Source: an uncultured Rhizobium sp. (lineage in GTDB: Bacteria > Pseudomonadota > Alphaproteobacteria > Rickettsiales > UBA1997). From it: a stretch of DNA of 64,000 bases. A program made the translations under genes and the position numbers. Shown in pieces: positions 18,317 to 27,038 of the stretch. The stretch lies in assembly GCA_964434225.1 (NCBI GenBank), contig CAYSUM010000004.1:45293-109292 (forward strand), read 5' to 3'. Below the pieces are notes generated by a model, which ran no database searches, had not been told where the DNA came from, and saw nothing but the letters and a program-made list of their open reading frames with translations. Numbering within the stretch: the first letter of the stretch is position 1; each line of letters begins with the position of its first letter.

Positions 18317-18882
18317 ATAATTTGAAAGAATTGCGTTTCTTGATAGCCGTGATTTTGAAAGATTGCGTAATCAAGAGAATTAATCACACCTGCCTCTTTT
18401 GCCGCTGAAGCAAGGTAAGTATTGTGCCTCATCAACTCTTTGCGCAAAAATAATCTTTTTTCGTCTTCAGAAGAAATTTTGTTAAATTCTTCCATTTTTT
18501 GAATTTCTTGCAAACGAGTTTGCACAGCAAAATAGCTCTGACCCATTGCCACTACTTCTTTTGCAGGGTCTGAGTTTTGCAAAATTAAATAGCAGGCATA
18601 ACGCGATAATTTTATATTAGAAAGCTCGCGAACCGCTCCACTACCGATCTCAACCATTTCGAGGATATCCTCGAAATGGTCTAAAGCCTTTTGTTTACTG
18701 TTATGGCAAGATTCTTGCGCTTTTGCAACCACTGGTAAGAAGTGGCGATATTCTGAATATTCTAAAATTTTCGCCAACTCGCGCGCCGTCCAAAATTCAT
18801 TACCATTTTCGTCAATTTTTCTGCTTTGTTCGAAAATTTTTAGCGCTGAGTTTGTTAATTTTTTTGGTGTGAGTTTTTTCAT
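18313..18882 (-). CDS. DinD-like (DNA-damage-inducible protein D family) protein lacking the C-terminal third
   Basis: It tracks E. coli DinD as recalled (YSEYRHF.PV..A...C, LSRYACYL..QN.DPAK, YFA.QTR, DEKRLFLR.EL, AIFQNHGYQ). After GYQ it diverges (ETQFFQII*) and ends inside the ATPase start codon. Confidence 0.7.
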   Translation of the reverse strand: MKKLTPKKLTNSALKIFEQSRKIDENGNEFWTARELAKILEYSEYRHFLPVVAKAQESCHNSKQKALDHFEDILEMVEIGSGAVRELSNIKLSRYACYLILQNSDPAKEVVAMGQSYFAVQTRLQEIQKMEEFNKISSEDEKRLFLRKELMRHNTYLASAAKEAGVINSLDYAIFQNHGYQETQFFQII

Positions 18883-18940
18883 GATTTAACTTGGTTAAAA
18901 ATTGGATATTCCTTATCCCGAATTGGCGTTTAAAACAGCG

Positions 18941-20806
18941 TTAGCCAAGTGTTTTGGGATTAGATTCTTTAGAAATCTGAGTGTTATAAATTGTATTAAT
19001 CACACTTGATGGCTTTTTTTTGTCTACATAATCATTGCTTGGTTTTTGACCTTCCAATATTGGATTATATGATACTGAATTCTGTTCTGACTCTTCAAAT
19101 AAAATATCCTTTAAGTTCAACCCTTCTTCAGAATCAATTACACTCCTCAAAACTCTATTTGCAGTCTTCTTTATAAGATCATTTGCAGCTGTAACATGAC
19201 CAACAGTTCTGCGGAAAAAATGAGGGGTTAATTTTTCAAACAATGTTTTTTGTCTCAATCCAAAATCTTCAGCCATTCTATTGGCATCGAACTTGTATTC
19301 TTTTAGAAGATTAATTCTGATTGTTATCTCCAATTTATCTATCTGCCCTTCTTCTATCTGAGCTTCTGGTGACTCTTTTATAACGGAAGTTATCGATTTT
19401 GCTATTTCCTCAGCACGCTCTCCAGCGTCTAAAATTTTTCTAATTTCGAGGTTGCGAACCTCTGGCACAGAAGGAGTTGGCAATCCTAGCTCAAGCAATG
19501 TTTTTAAAAAATCAACTCTGCCATATTTTGCAGCTTGAACGGTGAGTAAAGGATCAGAATCACGAACTGCAAGACTCATAGGATAAACAAAACTAGAGTC
19601 CCCTATTTCTTTTAAAATGCTTGTTAGGGGTCTTGAGTTATAGAGCCCTATTGTTATTGGTACAGCCATTAATGGTAAAAGCGCGACGTTGATCGTGCCG
19701 TGCAAGAAAGCGCCAACTGCTTTGATTGGCCTTGTCACGTAATCGGAAAATGCCGATCTTTCATCTTCAGTTCTAATTTCACGCTCCAACAAATAATCAA
19801 AAATTTCTGCATTTCCCTCTTTAATAGCTTCATGAATTGGTCTTTCGTTGAACTCATTTTTTTCGTCTAGCGTTGCCCCATATTCTGCTAGTAGTTTTAA
19901 TGAATTGAGATCACCATTGCTTACAGCAGTATGTGCTAAACTTTGATCGTTTGCATCAAGATCAAATCCCAATTCTGCCAAGAACTTTATATCCTCGACC
20001 TTTTCCTCAATATTACCTCTTAAAACCGCGTCATGCAATGTCGTTACAAAAAACTTCTTCTCGGGCAAAGTTCTATTTTCTAAATCTTTAATTTTTTTGA
20101 TTAGCTCTTCTCTGTGCGGTATTTGCAAAAGGGTATTTACAAAATCATATTGTTGTCGTTTTACCAACTCTTGAGTTAAAAAATTCTCCAAGAAAAAGGC
20201 TATTTTTTCTGACCCTAGCTCTGAACCTTCGACCTGATTTTGTATAAAAGTTTTCAGTATTTTAATTTGTAAAGAATCATCAAAAGATACCGCTTTTTCT
20301 TTAAGCTTTTGCAGAACTTCGATATCATTTAATAATGGCAACAACAGCATTGATTTCTCTTCGCTGGATCGAATGATTTCTACAAAATCTTTTTGAATGT
20401 CATTACTAGCGCGCCTTTCAATATATTTTAAAAATATATTCTGACCTTGAAATATTTCCTGACCTTGATCGATCTCAAAAAAATCGGATAACGAAATTTT
20501 TCTAATGTTGATTAAGTAATTAAGAATCTTGCTATCTGGACGCTGTTTTACAGTTTGAGAAGTTTGAGAAAATTCTCCCTCCAATATTTCAGAAGAGGTG
20601 CCGTCGCAATAATTCATAATATCTTGAGTTGTTGCACCAACACTTAACAAAACTTGTAAAGATATTTGTTGCCCTTGCTCTAAAGCAAAAGCATTGCGGG
20701 CATTTACATCTGGATCCCTAGAAAGAGATTCTATTGAGGCTTGATTTTGTCTTTGCTCTTCAAAAATTTTTTCTTTAACCTGTTCCTGATTCATAGAGAC
20801 CTTCAA
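18941..20806 (-). CDS. Ankyrin-repeat protein (candidate host-interaction effector)
   Basis: 621 aa. Ankyrin-type repeats are visible: TTLHDAVLRGNIE..., HTAVSNGDLNSLKLLAEYGATLDEKN, RPIHEAIKEGNAEIFDYLLE. An internal hydrophobic segment follows. Confidence 0.75.
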   Translation of the reverse strand: MKVSMNQEQVKEKIFEEQRQNQASIESLSRDPDVNARNAFALEQGQQISLQVLLSVGATTQDIMNYCDGTSSEILEGEFSQTSQTVKQRPDSKILNYLINIRKISLSDFFEIDQGQEIFQGQNIFLKYIERRASNDIQKDFVEIIRSSEEKSMLLLPLLNDIEVLQKLKEKAVSFDDSLQIKILKTFIQNQVEGSELGSEKIAFFLENFLTQELVKRQQYDFVNTLLQIPHREELIKKIKDLENRTLPEKKFFVTTLHDAVLRGNIEEKVEDIKFLAELGFDLDANDQSLAHTAVSNGDLNSLKLLAEYGATLDEKNEFNERPIHEAIKEGNAEIFDYLLEREIRTEDERSAFSDYVTRPIKAVGAFLHGTINVALLPLMAVPITIGLYNSRPLTSILKEIGDSSFVYPMSLAVRDSDPLLTVQAAKYGRVDFLKTLLELGLPTPSVPEVRNLEIRKILDAGERAEEIAKSITSVIKESPEAQIEEGQIDKLEITIRINLLKEYKFDANRMAEDFGLRQKTLFEKLTPHFFRRTVGHVTAANDLIKKTANRVLRSVIDSEEGLNLKDILFEESEQNSVSYNPILEGQKPSNDYVDKKKPSSVINTIYNTQISKESNPKTLG

Positions 20807-20846
20807 ATAAATTTATGTTTTGGTATAAGTAATAGAGTTTATCTTT

Positions 20847-22505
20847 TTAAAGCATCTCCCCCATTTTTTTCGTTTTCAAAATCTCGCGCGCTTTGGCGTA
20901 TTTTTCGTCGTGCCAGAACATTAAGCAGCCGTTGCAGCCTTTGCCGCAGCAGCCGTCTTTGCCGATTCTTGGGGTTCTTGGGGAGGTTTGTTCGTCGCCA
21001 ACCTCGAGCGCGGCGAAATATTTTTTTCGTTTATTTTCATATTTTTCTTCACGCACATCACCTGCTTCTAATTGGTGCGAAAGTTGGCGCGATTCTACTT
21101 TTAGTTTTTCGCTTTCGATGTTGCTTTTTTCTTTACGAATTAGCGAAAGCGCGGGCAAAAGTTCTTTGATTTTTTCATTTGTAAATAAATGAAAATCGGC
21201 GGCTGCAATCTTAAATAGCGGCCTTTGACCGGCGTGTAATTTATCAGAAATTTCATGCTCAACATATTTGCCTTCCGAGTTTAATTTAATTTTTTTGAAC
21301 TCGTAAATTCTCAGCAAAATTGGTTCGCGTTGATGAGGTGACAAAAATTCTAAAACATCGCCCGCATCCATGCGGTTCTTGCCTTCAACGATTAAATCAT
21401 CACCCACCCATTCCACAACGCGCGCGGCATATTCGTAAAAACTTGTCGAACCCGTGCTTTCATAATCATGCGCCAAGTTAGTCAGGCGGCCGTCGTGAAA
21501 GGCTAAAGTGTAGCCACGATTGGCGATGGAATTTATTTCATCCATGTAATCGTCAGCATTCCAGCTTTGGGGATTTTCCATGTAATCATCAATGGCGGCG
21601 CGGTAAACGCGGGCTACGGAACCTGCGTAAAACTCGGTTTTATTGCGGCCCTCAACTTTAAAAGAATCTAAACCCATTTTGATATATTCGTCGAGTTTTG
21701 GCAGCAAACACAAATCTTTCGAATTCAAAATGTAAGAGCCGTGAACATCTTCTTCAAAAGGCAACAACTGGCCCGGGCGCACTTCTTCTTCTAAGAAAAA
21801 ATCGAACATTTCTTTGTTGCTTTCGTTAATTTCAATTTCGTGTTCGGTATTGTCTTTGAGTTTAATTTTTAATTTATAACCCCAGCGGCATGAATGCGCA
21901 CAGCTGCCCTGATTGGCGCCACGCTCGGCCAAAAAATTCGAAAGTAGGCAGCGCCCCGAATATGTCATACAAAGTGAACCGTGGATGAAAGTTTCGATTT
22001 TAATATTTGGGCATTTTTCGCGGATTACGGCAAGCTCTTCAAAACTAACTTCACGCGCCATCACCACCAAACTGGCACCCTGTTTTTGCCAAAAATCAAC
22101 CGTCAACCACGAGCAAACATTGGCTTGAGTTGAAATGTGCAACTCCAACTCGGGTGCTCGCTCTTTGACAAATTGGAAAACACCGGGATCAGAAACAATC
22201 AAGCCATCAGGTTTAACTTTTTTTACGGTGTCGATAAATTCAGGAAGTTTTTCGATGTCTTTATTGTGCGAAAAAAGATTGAGCGTGAGATAAACTTTTT
22301 TGCCGCGCGCATGAGCAAATTCAATGCCTTCAACAACATCTTCCAAAGTGAAGCCAGACTTGACTCGAAGCGACATATCAGGCGTGCCGCAATAAACCGC
22401 ATCGGCACCGTAAAGAATTGCGGTTTTAAGGCGATCGAGGGTTCCAGCAGGAAGAAGGAGTTCTGGTTTTTTCATAAATTGAATTTGTTTTAGTCCGCTT
22501 TGCAA
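20847..22505 (-). CDS. U32-family (peptidase-like, Fe-S) protein with Cys-rich C-terminal extension
   Basis: KPELLLPAGTLDRLKTAILYGADAVYCG N-terminus. A C-x6-C-x15-C-x3-C motif is present (CMTYSGRCLL...GSCAHSC). The true start may be Met11 at 22475. Confidence 0.8.
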   Translation of the reverse strand: MQSGLKQIQFMKKPELLLPAGTLDRLKTAILYGADAVYCGTPDMSLRVKSGFTLEDVVEGIEFAHARGKKVYLTLNLFSHNKDIEKLPEFIDTVKKVKPDGLIVSDPGVFQFVKERAPELELHISTQANVCSWLTVDFWQKQGASLVVMAREVSFEELAVIREKCPNIKIETFIHGSLCMTYSGRCLLSNFLAERGANQGSCAHSCRWGYKLKIKLKDNTEHEIEINESNKEMFDFFLEEEVRPGQLLPFEEDVHGSYILNSKDLCLLPKLDEYIKMGLDSFKVEGRNKTEFYAGSVARVYRAAIDDYMENPQSWNADDYMDEINSIANRGYTLAFHDGRLTNLAHDYESTGSTSFYEYAARVVEWVGDDLIVEGKNRMDAGDVLEFLSPHQREPILLRIYEFKKIKLNSEGKYVEHEISDKLHAGQRPLFKIAAADFHLFTNEKIKELLPALSLIRKEKSNIESEKLKVESRQLSHQLEAGDVREEKYENKRKKYFAALEVGDEQTSPRTPRIGKDGCCGKGCNGCLMFWHDEKYAKAREILKTKKMGEML

Positions 22506-22512
22506 AAGAAGG

Positions 22513-24012
22513 TTAAAAATTAGAAATTAATTGCTTCGTATAAGAATTTTTTGGATCTGAAATGATCTGCAATTTTTTACCAAGCTCGACAATTTGTCCA
22601 GCCTTTAAAACCATGACGTCATCGGCAATTTGTGAAACCACTTCCAAATCGTGCGAAATCAAAATGTAAGAGATTTTTTGTTGAGATTGAATTTCGACAA
22701 GAAGTTTTAAAATCTCATTTTGTGTAGATGTATCAAGTGCCGAGGTCGGTTCGTCTAAAATTAAAATCTGCGGATTTAAAATCAAAGCTCGAGCAATCGC
22801 CACGCGCTGACGCTGTCCGCCCGAGAGTTGGTGCGGATAGCGGTTTTGAAGATTGTAATCGAGATAGAGTCGCTTCATTATTGTTGCAACGTCGCCAGAA
22901 ATTTTATGTATCAACAAACCTTCCGCGATAATATCTTTTACCAACATGCGCGGATTAAGGCTGGAGAATGGATCTTGAAAAATAATTTGTACATCGCGAC
23001 GCAAATCAAAATTATTTTTCGCCCAAGTTTTTTCACCGAAAAATTTTATCTCGCCGCTGGAAGAAATTAAATTTAATAAAGCGAGCGCAAGCGTTGATTT
23101 TCCTGATCCGCTTTCACCAATTACGCCAAGATTTTGACCAGAATTTAGCAGAAAATTAATGTCAGAAATTATCGTATGTTTTTTGTAAGCAACTGAGAGG
23201 TTTTTTACAGTCAGAATTTGCGCCTCAGCAGATCTTGCAACAAATGCGGAGTGAATTTTAGAGATCGGCACAACATCATCTTGAACCATAACAACATTGT
23301 TACTTTGCACTTGTTGCGGCGTTATCCGCCCTTCTTTCATCTCAATAATTTCATCAGCAATTTTTGCCACTGCGCGTAAATTGTGCGTGATGAATAAAAC
23401 CGCAATCTCTTGCTCATTTTTCAAGCGCAAAATTAAATTCAGGATATCATTCTGAATCGTCACATCCAGCGCTGTTGTTGGCTCGTCCGCAATTAGAATT
23501 TTTGGATTATTCGCCAGCGCAATCGCAATCATCACGCGCTGTTTTTGTCCGCCCGAAAGTTGATGCGGATAATCATTAAGCCTTGAAATCAAAGACTCTA
23601 GCTCCACCATTTTCAATAATTCTGCGACACGTTTTTCTAAATCTTTTTTAGAAATTTTTGGATTATGAATCGTAATCGCTTCCGAAATTTGTACACCAAT
23701 TTTATGCAGCGGATTCAGCGAAGCGTTGGGATCTTGAAAAATAAAACCAATTTGTTGCCCACGAATTTTACCAAGTTTTTCTTGTGATAATTTCAGTAAA
23801 TTTTGCTCATCAAAAATAATTTCGCCCAAGATTTTTGCCTTGGGCAATAAATTGACAATCGCTAGAGCAGTAACCGATTTGCCCGATCCACTTTGACCAA
23901 CCAAGGCTGTAATTTTTTTAGGAAATAGCCGAAAAGAAACATCATCAACAACAAGGTGACCAGCAAAAGAAATAGAGAGATTTTTTATGCAAAGAAGTGG
24001 CATGAAATTCAA
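22513..24012 (-). CDS. ABC transporter ATP-binding protein with two fused ATPase domains (YejF/DppDF-like)
   Basis: Two Walker A motifs (GQSGSGKS, GESGSGKS), two LSGGQ signatures and two Walker B motifs. Confidence 0.85.
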   Translation of the reverse strand: MNFMPLLCIKNLSISFAGHLVVDDVSFRLFPKKITALVGQSGSGKSVTALAIVNLLPKAKILGEIIFDEQNLLKLSQEKLGKIRGQQIGFIFQDPNASLNPLHKIGVQISEAITIHNPKISKKDLEKRVAELLKMVELESLISRLNDYPHQLSGGQKQRVMIAIALANNPKILIADEPTTALDVTIQNDILNLILRLKNEQEIAVLFITHNLRAVAKIADEIIEMKEGRITPQQVQSNNVVMVQDDVVPISKIHSAFVARSAEAQILTVKNLSVAYKKHTIISDINFLLNSGQNLGVIGESGSGKSTLALALLNLISSSGEIKFFGEKTWAKNNFDLRRDVQIIFQDPFSSLNPRMLVKDIIAEGLLIHKISGDVATIMKRLYLDYNLQNRYPHQLSGGQRQRVAIARALILNPQILILDEPTSALDTSTQNEILKLLVEIQSQQKISYILISHDLEVVSQIADDVMVLKAGQIVELGKKLQIISDPKNSYTKQLISNF

Positions 24013-24050
24013 AATAGGTTCCCAAGTTTTTTGCTCGGGAACCCTTGATT

Positions 24051-24977
24051 TTATTTACCTTGGTAAATCTTAATGATATTTTCGAGCATTTTTAAAGCTT
24101 CTGCGCGTGGACGTTGGAAAACGTTACGACCAATGATTGAGCCATTCGCGCCACCTTTATAAATTTCGCGAATTTCGCTATAAACATCTTGTTCGCTTTT
24201 AGCCGCGCCGCCAGAGAAGATAACAATACGACGATTGTTAAAAGTAGCTTTCATCACGTGACGAGTGCGTTCTTCTAAAGTTGAAACTGGAATTTTTAAT
24301 TTTTCGTAAACTTTTACTGCTTCAAGATTTTCAAGAGCTTGAGTTGGTGGCTTAACTTTAATAAAATGAGCGCCAAGAAGAGCCGCCATGTGGGCTGCGT
24401 AAGTACAAATATCCATTGCGGTTTCACCGATTTTTGAAAGATCGCCACCGCGAGGATAAGACCAAATTACCACCGCCAATCCGTGTGATTTAGCCTCTTC
24501 AGCCATTTCACGAATTTCTTCAAACATATCGAAAGCAGCGTCAGATCCAGGATAAATCGTAAATCCAATTGCAGAACATCCCAAGCGCAAAGCATCTTTA
24601 ACCGAAGCCGTAGTAGCTTGATGTGGCGCTGTTCCGCCATTGTGAAGAGAGTTAGAAGAATTAACTTTTAAAATAGTTGGAATCGCACCAGCAAAAGTAT
24701 CTGCTCCGGCTTCAATCATGCCGAGTGGCGCTGCGTAAGCGTTCAAACCAGCATCAATTGCAAGTTTAAAATGGTAATGCGGATCGTAAGCTTCAGGATT
24801 CATGGCGAAACTTCGATCTGGTCCATGCTCAAAACCTTGGTCAACCGGAAGGATTACAACTTTGCCAGTTCCAGCAAGTTTGCCGTGCATTAAAATGCGT
24901 GCAATATTGGTCTTGGTGCCAACGTTGTCAGATTCATAGCACGACAAAATATTTTTAACTTTTGAGGTAATTTTCAT
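24051..24977 (-). CDS. fbaB: Class I fructose-bisphosphate aldolase (FbaB/DhnA type)
   Basis: GKLAGTGKVVILPVDQGFEHGP and downstream blocks resemble E. coli FbaB. I prefer Met42 (ATG at 24977) because it leaves about 150 bp to the divergent rsmG; the track ORF extends to 25100. Confidence 0.8.
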   Translation of the reverse strand: MKITSKVKNILSCYESDNVGTKTNIARILMHGKLAGTGKVVILPVDQGFEHGPDRSFAMNPEAYDPHYHFKLAIDAGLNAYAAPLGMIEAGADTFAGAIPTILKVNSSNSLHNGGTAPHQATTASVKDALRLGCSAIGFTIYPGSDAAFDMFEEIREMAEEAKSHGLAVVIWSYPRGGDLSKIGETAMDICTYAAHMAALLGAHFIKVKPPTQALENLEAVKVYEKLKIPVSTLEERTRHVMKATFNNRRIVIFSGGAAKSEQDVYSEIREIYKGGANGSIIGRNVFQRPRAEALKMLENIIKIYQGK

Positions 24978-25127
24978 ATTTTTTGGAAATTTTTTTGGGA
25001 GGGAAAACGCTGACGAAATTTTTATATTGCTTCCCGCCAGCGTCAAGTTTTTAGTTTTTGTGATTGATAAGTTTTTGACGAGATTTAAAAAATCGCCCAA
25101 TCTTCAACGGGAACCTCTGAAAAATCC

Positions 25128-25751
25128 ATGCTACTCGAAATAAAAAAAGACGCAGCTCTTGCTGAAATAAGAAAATTTTCTACGCTTTCCGCTAATCAAA
25201 TAAAATCTCTCGAAGACTTTGTTATTCTGCTTCTGCAAGAAAATGACAAATTCAATTTTATCGGAAAATCTACCGTCGATAATGTTTGGGAACGCCATAT
25301 TTTAGACAGCGCGCAACTATTAAAATTCATCGATAATAAAAATGTAAAATTCGCTGATTTCGGTACTGGCGCTGGTTTTCCTGGAATGGTTTTGTCGATG
25401 CTTGGTATTAAAGAAATTCATTTAGTTGAAAAAGCTTTTCGTAAAACTGAATTTTTACGTCGCGCCAAATTACTTTCACAAAATCGTGTTTTTATTCACC
25501 AATCTAAACTCGAAGAATTATCGAATTTAGAATTTGATTGTATCGTGTCGCGCGCCTTAGCTCCGCTAGACAAACTACTTGGCTATACTAAAAAATTCTT
25601 AAAAAAAGATGGCTATTGTTTATTTTTGAAAGGAAAGAATTTGGAGCAAGAAATCGAGCTTGCCAAAAAAACTTTTCAATTTGAATATGAACTTCACCGT
25701 TCTCAGACGTCGCAAGAAAGCAACATCATTAAAATTTCAAAAATCTCTTAA
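25128..25751 (+). CDS. rsmG: 16S rRNA (guanine527-N7)-methyltransferase
   Basis: GidB pattern: NLIGKST...WERHILDS, then the DFGTGAGFPG SAM motif. Confidence 0.9.
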   Translation: MLLEIKKDAALAEIRKFSTLSANQIKSLEDFVILLLQENDKFNFIGKSTVDNVWERHILDSAQLLKFIDNKNVKFADFGTGAGFPGMVLSMLGIKEIHLVEKAFRKTEFLRRAKLLSQNRVFIHQSKLEELSNLEFDCIVSRALAPLDKLLGYTKKFLKKDGYCLFLKGKNLEQEIELAKKTFQFEYELHRSQTSQESNIIKISKIS

Positions 25752-25787
25752 AAATTTATACTAACTCAAAATAAAACAGGAGCACCT

Positions 25788-26900
25788 ATGCTTATTGGCA
25801 TTCCAAAAGAAATTAAAGATCATGAATATCGTGTTGGCGCTACGCCATCAGGCGTTCGCGAATTAGTCAACGCTGGACATCAAGTTTTAGTCCAAAAAGA
25901 CGCCGGAACCGCTATAGATTTCGCTGACGAACAATATGTTGCTGCTGGCGCTAAAATCGCCACTTCAGCTGCCGAAGTTTATGAAAAAGCTGAAATGATT
26001 TTGAAGGTTAAAGAACCGCAAGAATCTGAATGCAAAATGATTCGCCAAGGTCAAATTATTTTCTCTTATTTACACTTGGCAGCTGAACCACATTTGACCG
26101 AAATGTTGATCAAATCTGGTTGCGTAGCAATCGCCTTTGAAACTGTAAGTGCAGCTGATCGCTCACTTCCGCTTTTGGCTCCAATGTCAGAAGTTGCAGG
26201 AAAATTATCAATTCAAGCTGGCGCGCGCGCTTTAGAAAAAGCTCAAGGCGGACGCGGCATTCTTCTTGGTGGCGTTCCTGGAGTTGCTCGCGGTAAAGTT
26301 ACAATTCTTGGTGGCGGCGTTTCAGGAACCAACGCAGCAAAAGTTGCAATTGGTATGGGCGCTGAAGTTGTGATCTTGGATAAATCTTTGGCTCGTATTC
26401 GTTATTTATGCGATATTTTCGGAAATTCTGCCGAAGTTCTTTACGCTTCGCTAGAAAATATCGAAAAAAATGTCATCACTTCCGACGTAGTTGTTGGCGC
26501 GGTTCTTATTCCAGGTGCTGCGGCTCCAAAATTGATTTCTGCTGCAACTGTGAAAAAAATGAAACACGGTGCAGTTATGGTTGATATTTCAATCGATCAA
26601 GGCGGCTGTTTTGAAACTTCTAAACCAACTTCACATTCAAACCCAACTTACACAGTTGATGGCGTAGTTCACTATTGCGTTACTAACATGCCAGGTGCAG
26701 TTGCAAGAACTTCTACTCAAGCTTTAGAAAATTCTACATTACCTTTCTCTTTGGCAATTGCTTCTAAGGGCTACAAAAAAGCCTTAACTGACGACGTTCA
26801 TTTGAGAAATGGTTTGAACGTAATTAACGGAAAAGTTACCTACAAAGCCGTTGCTGAAGCTTTAGGTCACGCTTTCTGCGAAGCTGAAAAAGCTTTATAA
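25788..26900 (+). CDS. ald: Alanine dehydrogenase
   Basis: [17 protein letters not shown]... and the [10 protein letters not shown] Rossmann motif. A clear AGGAG Shine-Dalgarno sequence lies upstream. Confidence 0.95.
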   Translation: MLIGIPKEIKDHEYRVGATPSGVRELVNAGHQVLVQKDAGTAIDFADEQYVAAGAKIATSAAEVYEKAEMILKVKEPQESECKMIRQGQIIFSYLHLAAEPHLTEMLIKSGCVAIAFETVSAADRSLPLLAPMSEVAGKLSIQAGARALEKAQGGRGILLGGVPGVARGKVTILGGGVSGTNAAKVAIGMGAEVVILDKSLARIRYLCDIFGNSAEVLYASLENIEKNVITSDVVVGAVLIPGAAAPKLISAATVKKMKHGAVMVDISIDQGGCFETSKPTSHSNPTYTVDGVVHYCVTNMPGAVARTSTQALENSTLPFSLAIASKGYKKALTDDVHLRNGLNVINGKVTYKAVAEALGHAFCEAEKAL

Positions 26901-26932
26901 TTTTAAGAGAATGCGGGAATTTGAGGGCGCTG

Positions 26933-26953
26933 GTCGGGGTTTGCAACCCCGAC
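26933..26953 (+). terminator. GC-rich hairpin downstream of ald
   Basis: gtcgggg-tttgc-aaccccgac. No T-tract follows, so terminator function is uncertain. Confidence 0.4.
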
Positions 26954-27038
26954 TAAAACGTTCAGTTCAAATTTAAACAAAAACATGAACGTATGAACGA
27001 GGTTAAAAACCCGTCCAGCCACAGATCACATCTCAATT

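Noticed and set aside
14965-20806. Prophage or integrative element interpretation of the Bro-N / DinD / ATPase / ankyrin patch
   Set aside because: There is no integrase, transposase, capsid, terminase or flanking direct repeat, and the essential cmk lies inside it. It is better described as an accessory or defence-like islet than as a prophage.
24978-25100. 41-codon N-terminal extension of the aldolase ORF
   Set aside because: It would leave only 27 bp to the divergent rsmG, and its residues have no counterpart in FbaB-type aldolases. Met42 is preferred, though without experimental support.
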